A stretch of DNA of 29,501 nucleotides from Candidatus Heimdallarchaeota archaeon (GTDB lineage Archaea > Asgardarchaeota > Heimdallarchaeia > JABLTI01): assembly GCA_030614005.1 (NCBI GenBank), contig JAUWKS010000042.1, positions 1 to 29,501 of the forward strand, given 5' to 3'. Made by a program: the position numbers and the translations under genes. This document shows positions 16,572 through 24,383 of this stretch, piece by piece. The notes under the pieces were generated by a model, which worked only from the letters and a program-made list of their open reading frames with translations, did no database searches and was not told the DNA's origin. Within the stretch, counting starts at the first letter, position 1. Every line of letters starts with the position of its first letter.

Positions 16572-17627
16572 CTATTGATCGTTTTCTTGATCAGGATCTT
16601 TTAAACGCTTTCGTTCAGCATTTAATCTATCAAGGAAACTAAATCTACTAGATTTTTTCTTTGTTGGAGCTGTTTTATCAACTGGTTGTTGTTCATCAAG
16701 GGGCGGTTGGGTTGAAGGTTGTTCCATTATTGGAGGAGTAATTGTGCTTATGGGTTGAGTCGCAGTTTTCTCGGGTTCTGTGGGTGGTTCAATGATAGGT
16801 TCAACAACAGGTTGTTCAGTTAAATCTGTAGTAGTTGGAGCTAATGATATAGGTTCTGTGAAGGAAGGTTTGGCTGACTCTTTTTGCTCTGCTTCATTTA
16901 CCATGGGAGGAGATACTACGCTTGCCTCAGGAGTTATTGGAGCTGTTGGCATTGCCATTATATTATCCACTGTTGGAGCTTCAATAGAAGGCACTCTACC
17001 TATACCTAAAGGCTGGGCAGATATGTGTTGAGAACCGGAAATTGTATGTACTTCAGGTTGCTGAGGATGAGAAGTATCTACCATTTCGGTTGAAGGCATA
17101 TCCAATCCTTTCTTATCAAAAATCATCAACTTGCTTATCGCTTCAAATGTTTCTGTTATACCGATTCCTTTCAAGCTTGTTGTTGGAATATAGAAAGATA
17201 TATTGAGTCTTTTTGCTGTTTCTAAGCCTTCTTCATTCAATACTTCACGGAGCTCTTCTACATCATTCTTTGTACTAACAAGAACCTTTGGAATGTTTAT
17301 GTCCTCTAGTTTGTTAATCCATCGATCAAGAGAATCGAGTGTATCTCTTCGTGTTGTATCGTAACAAAGGATGGCACCATGGGCACCTTTTGTAAAAATA
17401 TTACTAATTTCAGCAAATTGATCTTGTCCACCAATATCACAGATCTGTAATGTTACTTCTTCTCCATCCACAACTAGTTTTTTGCTAAAGAAATCAGCGC
17501 CAATAGATAATTTGTAGCTTCCAAAGAATTCACCGGTGGTTAGGTAATTACAAATAGATGTTTTACCAATTCCGCCGTCACCAAGGACTACTACTTTGAA
17601 GAAGGTTGCCACTAAATATGTCTCCAA
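16572..17627 (-). CDS. Rab-like small GTPase with long Pro/Thr/Gln/Glu-rich C-terminal tail
   Basis: G1 GDGGIGKT, switch I YKLSIGADF, G3 DIGGQ, GAHGAILCYD, G4 STKND. About 180-aa low-complexity tail. Confidence 0.92.
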   Translation of the reverse strand: METYLVATFFKVVVLGDGGIGKTSICNYLTTGEFFGSYKLSIGADFFSKKLVVDGEEVTLQICDIGGQDQFAEISNIFTKGAHGAILCYDTTRRDTLDSLDRWINKLEDINIPKVLVSTKNDVEELREVLNEEGLETAKRLNISFYIPTTSLKGIGITETFEAISKLMIFDKKGLDMPSTEMVDTSHPQQPEVHTISGSQHISAQPLGIGRVPSIEAPTVDNIMAMPTAPITPEASVVSPPMVNEAEQKESAKPSFTEPISLAPTTTDLTEQPVVEPIIEPPTEPEKTATQPISTITPPIMEQPSTQPPLDEQQPVDKTAPTKKKSSRFSFLDRLNAERKRLKDPDQENDQ

Positions 17628-18020
17628 TTATTTTAGATGATTATTTGTTTATTAAATGTATATAAAACATTTGTAAGTAATTTATTACATATTTCCTACT
17701 AAAATTACCTATTTAAGTTTTCGATACGTACTATCTTCAGACAAAAAACAGCTTGAATTTTTTTTGTTTATATTCTTGAAGAACAGCAATTTTTTTGATA
17801 TACAATATCATATGTAATAGACTATTGTAAACAATCAGAGCAAGGTCTCGTTTTTTCTTACTAAAAATTGCGATTTAGAGGAAAAATTCTTATTTGTTTA
17901 CCAAACTTTTAATGAGAGTACCTACGGATAAACATTAATTGTAGATATAATTATTAATAAAAAAGAATAGAAATCAATAAAAACCATCAAATATCAGCAG
18001 ATATGGACAAGTGTTATTCG

Positions 18021-18518
18021 ATGAAAATCTCAAGAATTATAAAAAACAGGAAGGCAATGACACCTTTAATGATTGGATTAATTGTCGCCGCATCAGTAAT
18101 AGCTGTTTTGTTTATTGTATTGGCAGCAGTAGTCCCTTCTATGAGTCATGATTTAAGTATGCAAATTAAGGATCGAAGCATTAAGGGAAATACCACTATT
18201 AATGATCTTTCTTTGAAATTTACAGTAATGTGTGATTACGCTGATGGCGAAGTTTGGAGAGCAGAAATTCACAAGAATGGTGCACTTTACGGTTACTTTA
18301 GTTTAGCTGACGAAACTCCCTTTGAGAAGAATGAACAAAGATTGGTTGTTGTAGCGTACTTTTTAGCTGAAACAGGTATAAATCAAACTGAGGTTGATGG
18401 TGGTCGATTGGTTTTCCAAAATGGACATGATTATGTTCTAAGAGTTTTTTATAGACCTATTGACTCTGAAGTATTAAACACATATACCGAATTAGGTTTT
18501 ACCTATATTCCTGCGTGA
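18021..18518 (+). CDS. Archaeal type IV pilin-like protein (class III signal peptide)
   Basis: Basic KNRKA|MTPLMIGLIVAASVIAVLFIVLAAVVP resembles a PibD/FlaK cleavage site followed by a hydrophobic helix, then a beta-rich domain. ATG 18021 preferred over 18003. Confidence 0.75.
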   Translation: MKISRIIKNRKAMTPLMIGLIVAASVIAVLFIVLAAVVPSMSHDLSMQIKDRSIKGNTTINDLSLKFTVMCDYADGEVWRAEIHKNGALYGYFSLADETPFEKNEQRLVVVAYFLAETGINQTEVDGGRLVFQNGHDYVLRVFYRPIDSEVLNTYTELGFTYIPA

Positions 18519-18523
18519 ATATT

Positions 18524-18549
18524 AAAGGAAAAATGAATTTTCCTTTTTT
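18524..18549 (+). terminator. Terminator-like hairpin plus T tract after the pilin gene
   Basis: AAAGGAAAA-ATGAA-TTTTCCTTT followed by T-rich sequence. Confidence 0.55.
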
Positions 18550-18623
18550 ATTTCTATTTGTTTTTCTTTTTTATTTACTCTTTTTGTTTCGAATATTCCA
18601 AATGCAAACATTTTAAAAGCAAA

Positions 18624-18669
18624 GTATGTATGTAAATGTATGTAGAAATACATACACAGAGATACATAG
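18624..18669 (+). promoter_or_regulatory. TATGTA/TACATA repeat cluster with perfect GAAA-tetraloop hairpin upstream of the Cdc48N-vWA gene
   Basis: TGTATGTA-GAAA-TACATACA (18637-18656) plus extra TATGTA and TACATA copies on either side. Confidence 0.4.
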
Positions 18670-18683
18670 TTTGTGATATAAAA

Positions 18684-20132
18684 ATGGTAGAGAAAATAAT
18701 TGACATTTCAGTGATGAATGTCGGCGAAATTGATGGGCGCGCTTATATGAATAAGCGTGACATGGACAGAATTGGTGTAGATGATTTTGATATCATCCAA
18801 CTAATTAATGAATTTGAAGATAGCTGTGCAGTACAAGTTCTCGAGAATGATGAAGTAGAGGCAGATACAGTTGCAGTAGATAACGGAATTCTTGATTCTG
18901 CAAACATTAGCGACGGCGACAGGGTGAAAATAAGAAAAGCCCAAATTAAAGATGAAGCAATAACTAGAGTGAAGTTTGGCATTGAACCTCTTGAAGGTCA
19001 ACCAGTTGAAGAATGTATAACCTACATTTTGGAGAATTTTGATGAATTAACATCAGTTATAAGAAATAGACCAGTATACCGTAATTTACAAATTGACTGG
19101 CCTGATGCAGGGTGTGGACACGTCAAAATCACCTTTTTAGATGCAGACCCAGATATGGAAGGCGATGAAGTTGGTATTATTGATCCTTCAGGAAAAGAAG
19201 TTGAAGTTCAATTAGTGCCAGCAAGCGAAATGTCCTTCAATGCAGTTCTAATTCTCGATGTATCGGGTTCAATGAGTAAAGTTGATATGATCGTTAAAGG
19301 AACTGGAACAGCAGTTGAAGGGTTAAGAAGAGGTCTTAAAGGAAGCAAAGATTTAGACAAACTCTTAGACGAATTCGAAGAGAAGAAAGTCTCTCGAATT
19401 AAAGGTGCTGCCTTAGCAACTCTAATGTTCCTTTCACAGAAAGTTAGTCGTGGTTGGGGCGAACAATTATCTATTCTCAGTTTTGCTGGGGATGTTGATG
19501 TGTTTGAAATTGAATATGGTTCTGGTGGTCCTACACCAGTCATTGCATGCACTGGTCAAGCAAAATCAGCTGGTCTAGAAATCATTGCCGATTATGTTTC
19601 CAAGAGATGCTCTAAAGGCGGTGGACTTACATTCATGAGTGGTGCAATTCAACAAGCTTATGAAATGACAAAGAAATTCGAGCCAAATTCAATAACAGGT
19701 AAGATGAATCCAGCAATGATTATCCTTCTTACTGATGGTCAACCAAACAAAGGTAATGGTCTTGGTATAAATCCAGTACCCGTTGCTCGCAAATGCGCAC
19801 GAGATTATCCAAATACGATTTTTTATACCATTGGTCTTGGTGAAGCAGATAAAAGACTTCTCAAAAAGTTATCAGAAATTGGCAGAGGAGAATTTTACGA
19901 GGCTAATGACCTTGGAGAATTAACTAAATTCTACGACCTCCTTGCAAGACGATTCATGATCGCCTTAAAAACCGAACCAACTGAACTTGTTGAACAAGTT
20001 CCAGAAGACTTCTTTGATGAAGTCGCTGACGATGAAGAAAGCGATGAAGTCGAATTAGCTCTTGAGGAAGAGTATGGTGGTGCTGGCGAGGACATAGAAG
20101 AATTCGAAGAAGAACTCGAAGAAGACGATTAA
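18684..20132 (+). CDS. Cdc48/NSF N-domain + von Willebrand A domain + acidic tail protein
   Basis: Double-psi barrel pattern (GRAYMN..DMDRIGV..FDII...AN ISDGDRVKIRK), then a Cdc48_2-like subdomain. MIDAS motifs DVSGS, T and LLTDGQPN. D/E-rich C-terminus. ATG 18684 preferred over 18636. Confidence 0.85.
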   Translation: MVEKIIDISVMNVGEIDGRAYMNKRDMDRIGVDDFDIIQLINEFEDSCAVQVLENDEVEADTVAVDNGILDSANISDGDRVKIRKAQIKDEAITRVKFGIEPLEGQPVEECITYILENFDELTSVIRNRPVYRNLQIDWPDAGCGHVKITFLDADPDMEGDEVGIIDPSGKEVEVQLVPASEMSFNAVLILDVSGSMSKVDMIVKGTGTAVEGLRRGLKGSKDLDKLLDEFEEKKVSRIKGAALATLMFLSQKVSRGWGEQLSILSFAGDVDVFEIEYGSGGPTPVIACTGQAKSAGLEIIADYVSKRCSKGGGLTFMSGAIQQAYEMTKKFEPNSITGKMNPAMIILLTDGQPNKGNGLGINPVPVARKCARDYPNTIFYTIGLGEADKRLLKKLSEIGRGEFYEANDLGELTKFYDLLARRFMIALKTEPTELVEQVPEDFFDEVADDEESDEVELALEEEYGGAGEDIEEFEEELEEDD

Positions 20133-20242
20133 GAAATTTTCTTCTTCAATATTTTCCTTTTTTTATTAAAGTACAATTCTTTTTTTGATTTGTTTAAAAT
20201 CTTTTTTTAGCTTAGTATAATGTGAGTTCTTGAAAAATAAAA

Positions 20243-20264
20243 AAATCGATCGATTTAATCGATC
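20243..20264. repeat. Overlapping palindromes (AAATCGATCGATTT; GATCGATT-T-AATCGATC)
   Basis: Read directly. Lies between convergent stops at 20132 and 20281. Confidence 0.5.
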
Positions 20265-20280
20265 AATTAACTGCTGTTTT

Positions 20281-20934
20281 CTAAACAAGCGATAATACTA
20301 AGGATAGATTTACACCTGGAATCAGAGAAACGCCATATATTGCTAATGAAATAATTTGGAATATTCCCCAACCAATACAGAAAAAGGATACAATTATTGC
20401 AACTGGCATCCAATTTAGTATTTTACCTATCATCGCCATTTGTTCTGTCAGAGTTCTAACTAATATAAACACAATAATATCTATTGCTAAGAAAACTGCA
20501 AAATAAATCCATTTACCTTGTCCAAGGTCGCCGAAAACGACTGCAAAAATCGCTGCTCCGAGAAATCCTGCGAGTAAACCCACAAGAGCAGAAATAGGGG
20601 TGTCTTCTAAGGTTCGAAGAGTTAGCAGTGCACCAATAACAACTAAAACTATGATTGTTAGAGGATTAAACCATTGCATCCATGGGTATTCATCGGGAAC
20701 ATTGACTGCTAGAAAACCAGCAAGCATAAGTGTCAATACACCCAAAACAATGCCCACTTTCTCCATGACATCAACCATTGAGAAGAGCATATTTCGTTCG
20801 CTTTCATCATTTTTCTCTATTCGAGCAAATTTCCGGATTACTCCTGAAGTAACTACAACAGCATCCAGGATAAGGACAATTGGTGAAAGAATAAACATTG
20901 CAAATTCAAATGCGTGCTCCATGATAAAATTCAC
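20281..20934 (-). CDS. Hypothetical multi-pass membrane protein (about 6 TM)
   Basis: 217 aa with repeated hydrophobic helices. Starts 54 nt after the NuoH-like gene on the same strand. Confidence 0.8.
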   Translation of the reverse strand: MNFIMEHAFEFAMFILSPIVLILDAVVVTSGVIRKFARIEKNDESERNMLFSMVDVMEKVGIVLGVLTLMLAGFLAVNVPDEYPWMQWFNPLTIIVLVVIGALLTLRTLEDTPISALVGLLAGFLGAAIFAVVFGDLGQGKWIYFAVFLAIDIIVFILVRTLTEQMAMIGKILNWMPVAIIVSFFCIGWGIFQIISLAIYGVSLIPGVNLSLVLSLV

Positions 20935-20988
20935 CTAATATATGAATGAATAGTGCAAGCTATCTTATTAAGATATTCTATTAAGCAT

Positions 20989-22029
20989 TTAACTTATACC
21001 GAATACTGCAGCAACTCCCCCAACAACTAAAACAGTAACCAAAGCACCAGGTATTAAAATTTTGAAACTAATATTTATTGCTTGATTTGACTGTAATCGA
21101 GGAATAAGGGCTTTTATTATTGTAATAACTAACATAACCAAACTTAGTTTGAAAAGAAAATTCAACAGATGAGCTAATAATTCATAACCAGCCAATATCG
21201 GAATCGGAAGGTATGATCCTCCTAAAAAAGCAGAGACAATAACTCCTGCGAGCGCTAGTTCAAAAATGCGCATAGAGGTATTCCATACGTGAAACTTCCA
21301 ATTTTTTGTTGTAGGAAGCCTAATAGATAAATCAGGTGTTGAATTCAATCTATCGAAATGTGGTTGATCGAATTTGAGAGATAACGCTAATATAGAAATC
21401 AATACACCCCAAGGTATAAGAAGTAATAGTCCATAGGCTCGATTTTCATATGCAATTAGTCGAATGTCCTCAGCAAGGACACTAATACTCATAGATCTCC
21501 TGACAAGAGATGGACCAACAAAAGCTAAAAATAACGGAATATCAAATAGCATAAATGTTAATGCTATTTTTAACGCTTCATAAGTAGAATGCTTCTCACC
21601 AATCCATAAAATAAAGAAGATGAGAATGCCAATAAACATGCTAATTGTAAGTAAAAGTAACAAGTCACCTTCAAAAGAAATAATGCCAACTATACCTGTT
21701 GTTCTTCCGGAACTGTTCCTATAAATCCCTACAAGGGAAGAAAATTCACCTTCAACACAAATAGGTAGTACTAATGCGCTCATTAAACTAAGAGTTAAGA
21801 GAAGTAGTAGTAATATACCTTGAATAACACTTCTTATGTTTAGTTGCTCTTTCTCTCCTTTGAAACAAAGCTTGAAATGTTCTACAATTGGGATAAACAT
21901 CGGAGAACCTTTAGGTTTAAAACTAAAACGCGAATATAATCTGCTAGTAATTTGCTCGAAAAGAATGGCTAATCCAAGAATAAACAAAAAGCCTGGAAAA
22001 ATGAATATTTCTACCCATGGAATTGCCAT
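20989..22029 (-). CDS. Divergent NuoH/HyfC/EchB-like membrane subunit
   Basis: FPGF...EQITSRLYSRF...PIVEHFKLCFKGE parallels NuoH ERK..ARLQ.R...QPIAD..KL..KE. Also FLGG and PRLQ near the C-terminus. Confidence 0.8.
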   Translation of the reverse strand: MAIPWVEIFIFPGFLFILGLAILFEQITSRLYSRFSFKPKGSPMFIPIVEHFKLCFKGEKEQLNIRSVIQGILLLLLLTLSLMSALVLPICVEGEFSSLVGIYRNSSGRTTGIVGIISFEGDLLLLLTISMFIGILIFFILWIGEKHSTYEALKIALTFMLFDIPLFLAFVGPSLVRRSMSISVLAEDIRLIAYENRAYGLLLLIPWGVLISILALSLKFDQPHFDRLNSTPDLSIRLPTTKNWKFHVWNTSMRIFELALAGVIVSAFLGGSYLPIPILAGYELLAHLLNFLFKLSLVMLVITIIKALIPRLQSNQAINISFKILIPGALVTVLVVGGVAAVFGIS

Positions 22030-22124
22030 ATTTTTAACTCCTATTTATTTCACATTGGATGAATGATTTAATGATATATTTGAATTACTTTAAACCTTTT
22101 GTAATATTTTATGCTGAACTTTTT

Positions 22125-23270
22125 TTATCCACTTATTCCCCAACCTTCTCCGACAAATAAAAGAATAGTAGAAATGCTTTCAATCGCGTTTCCAGTAATT
22201 CGGGAAAGCAATCCCTGAGTATTAACTTTCATTGGGCAAGTTATTTTAATTAATCGAGGAGTACCTTTCTCTGTGCCTTTCCTGCTATGAACAAAACTAA
22301 ATAGTTCACCAATGGGGGTTTCTACTCTAACAATAGTATTGCTTGCAGCTAATTCAAACGTAGTAGTGGAATTATGAATAGGTCCCTCAGGCAAAGTTTG
22401 CAAAAGCTCTCTAACGATTTTTATTGATATAATGATTTCATCAAATAGAACTAAAAATTCTCCAAAAAGATCACAGAAATCAGAAACAGGAACATCAAAT
22501 GAAATGTCTTTATAGGCGCAATATGGATCTGATTGTCGTACATCAGCTGTTATTCCAGAAGTCCTTGCTAAAGGACCTACTAATGAAAGTTTTTTCGCTG
22601 TCTCTCTTGAGATAAATCCAACATCCTTCAATAACCCCTTCACTAATGGATTTCTTTGATTTCTAGTTTTGATTTTTTGTATTTTCGTTTCCATTTTTGA
22701 AAGCGTTTGATAAAGTGAAACTACTTCTTCTTCTACAATGTCAGTAGCTACACCCCCGAATGTAATAAATGGATTAACAGAAGCAGGTTGAGTGATATTT
22801 TCAATATGAGCTAAAATAGCTCTTCGCAACAACAGAACTCTTTGATGAAGTATTGGATAGGAGATTCCTTTTGCAATTGTACCAAGTCTAAGAAGATGGC
22901 ATTGAATTCTTTCTAATTCCAAAATAACAGAACGAATATAATTTGCTCTATCGGGAACAACAACGGGTTTTTTTGCTAGTTTCTCAAGAGCTAAAGAAAT
23001 TACTGTTTGATAATGAAATGGATGAACAATTGCAGAAGAGGAAGCTAATTGAAGTAATTTTTCCCAGGAGTTTTTTTGAAATAATGGTTCGTAATTATTA
23101 CAAGAACATAATTTTCCTTCCAGTTTTGTGCCTTCTACTTTATTTGGAGATAATTTCATTTGAATGGCAACTGATTCATTAGTAAACATATTTCGTAATA
23201 GAATGCGTTTATCATAAGTTGAAGAAATGTCCCCGTTCTCGTTAGATTTAATCACAATTATCTTCTCCAT
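22125..23270 (-). CDS. Divergent NuoD / group 4 [NiFe]-hydrogenase large-subunit homologue lacking Ni-binding cysteines
   Basis: VPDRANYIRSVILELERIQCHL, GPLARTSG..DVR...PY, VETPIGEL. No CxxC at L1 or L2. Confidence 0.8.
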   Translation of the reverse strand: MEKIIVIKSNENGDISSTYDKRILLRNMFTNESVAIQMKLSPNKVEGTKLEGKLCSCNNYEPLFQKNSWEKLLQLASSSAIVHPFHYQTVISLALEKLAKKPVVVPDRANYIRSVILELERIQCHLLRLGTIAKGISYPILHQRVLLLRRAILAHIENITQPASVNPFITFGGVATDIVEEEVVSLYQTLSKMETKIQKIKTRNQRNPLVKGLLKDVGFISRETAKKLSLVGPLARTSGITADVRQSDPYCAYKDISFDVPVSDFCDLFGEFLVLFDEIIISIKIVRELLQTLPEGPIHNSTTTFELAASNTIVRVETPIGELFSFVHSRKGTEKGTPRLIKITCPMKVNTQGLLSRITGNAIESISTILLFVGEGWGISG

Positions 23271-23491
23271 ATTCTATAGATTATATCTATTTATTGTGAA
23301 GATACACTTTTGAATATTTGTGTTTGCAAATGAAAAGAATATTAAATTCTGTTAGAATTAGATGTCAAAATCATAGAAATCAAACAATGTTTTTATGAGT
23401 TCATTTCGTTAACCAAAGTTTGTTAATAGATAAATCCAGAAAGTGTTCTTTTCTCTTAATAATTAGTAAAAAAATCGGAGTGACTTTTTGT

Positions 23492-23608
23492 AGGGTTGTG
23501 GCTGTAGCTGTTTATTAAAGGTAAAAAGAACGGGAAAAAATAACCGATTTTATTTATATAAATGTTTCAAGAGGGGGATTAGTGAGGGTTGTTACTGTTG
23601 CTATTAAA
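23492..23608. repeat. Two imperfect direct repeats at the island boundary
   Basis: AGGGTTGTGGCTGTAGCTGTTTATTAAA (23492-23519) and AGGGTTGTTACTGTTGCTATTAAA (23585-23608). Confidence 0.35.
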
Positions 23609-23798
23609 TATAGACAAATAAAACAAAAGCTTTTTACTGATTTTAAAAACTAGAGTTCGAAGAATCTCTTCATCTTAATAGGATTAACTCTATCTTCATC
23701 ATCAACTAGTAAAAACACACCGACATTTCTTTTGATATATTACACACTCCAATCACTCTCATTTTCATGTAATCTCTAAATCAATTCCAAGAGTTGTT

Positions 23799-24383
23799 TT
23801 TTGCGACAAACAATTGAATTTCTTACAACACGTAAAAACAATCCTTAAAATACATGGAAAAGCTGCAATTGTTATTCCTGATAATGTTCTTTTTGAAGGT
23901 GGCGCAGGTGAAACTATTAGAAAAAAACTTCTTACAACATGTGATGTTCATACATTGCTTAGATTACCAACCGGACTTTTCTATGCTCAAGGTGTAAAGG
24001 CTAATGTTCTTTTCTTTGATAAGAAACCTGCAAGCGATAAACCATGGACTGATAAACTCTGGATTTATGATTTACGAACCAATAAACATTTTACACTCAA
24101 GGAAAGTCCTCTGCGTTTTACAGATTTAGAAGAATTTATCGAGTGCTATAACTCTGAAAATAGACACGAGAGGAAAGAATCCGAGAGATTCAAAGTATTT
24201 ACTTATGATGAATTAATGCAGCGAAACAAAGTTAACTTTGATATTTTCTGGTTGAGAGATGAGAGTATGGAAGACCTTGAAAATCTTCCTGATCCCGAAG
24301 TTATTGCTCAAGAAATTGTTGAAAGTCTTGAATTTGCTTTGGAGCAATTCAAAGGTATTTATGAAGAATTAGCAGAGGAATGA
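23799..24383 (+). pseudogene. hsdM: C-terminal fragment of type I restriction-modification methyltransferase subunit
   Basis: KQLNFLQH...AAIVIPDNVLFEGGAGETIRKKLL...LRLPTGLFYAQGVKANVLFF...W.YDLRTNKHFTLK...NFDIFWLRDES. SAM-binding motif I and NPPF are missing, and there is no upstream coding sequence. Confidence 0.88.

Noticed and set aside
22125-23270. Active [NiFe]-hydrogenase large subunit
   Set aside because: Both Ni-ligating CxxC motifs are absent.
23650-23768. Small frameshifted minus-strand gene (MKMRVIGVCNI / QRNVGVFLLVDDEDRVNPIKMKRFFEL)
   Set aside because: Needs a frameshift, is very short and has no recognisable family.
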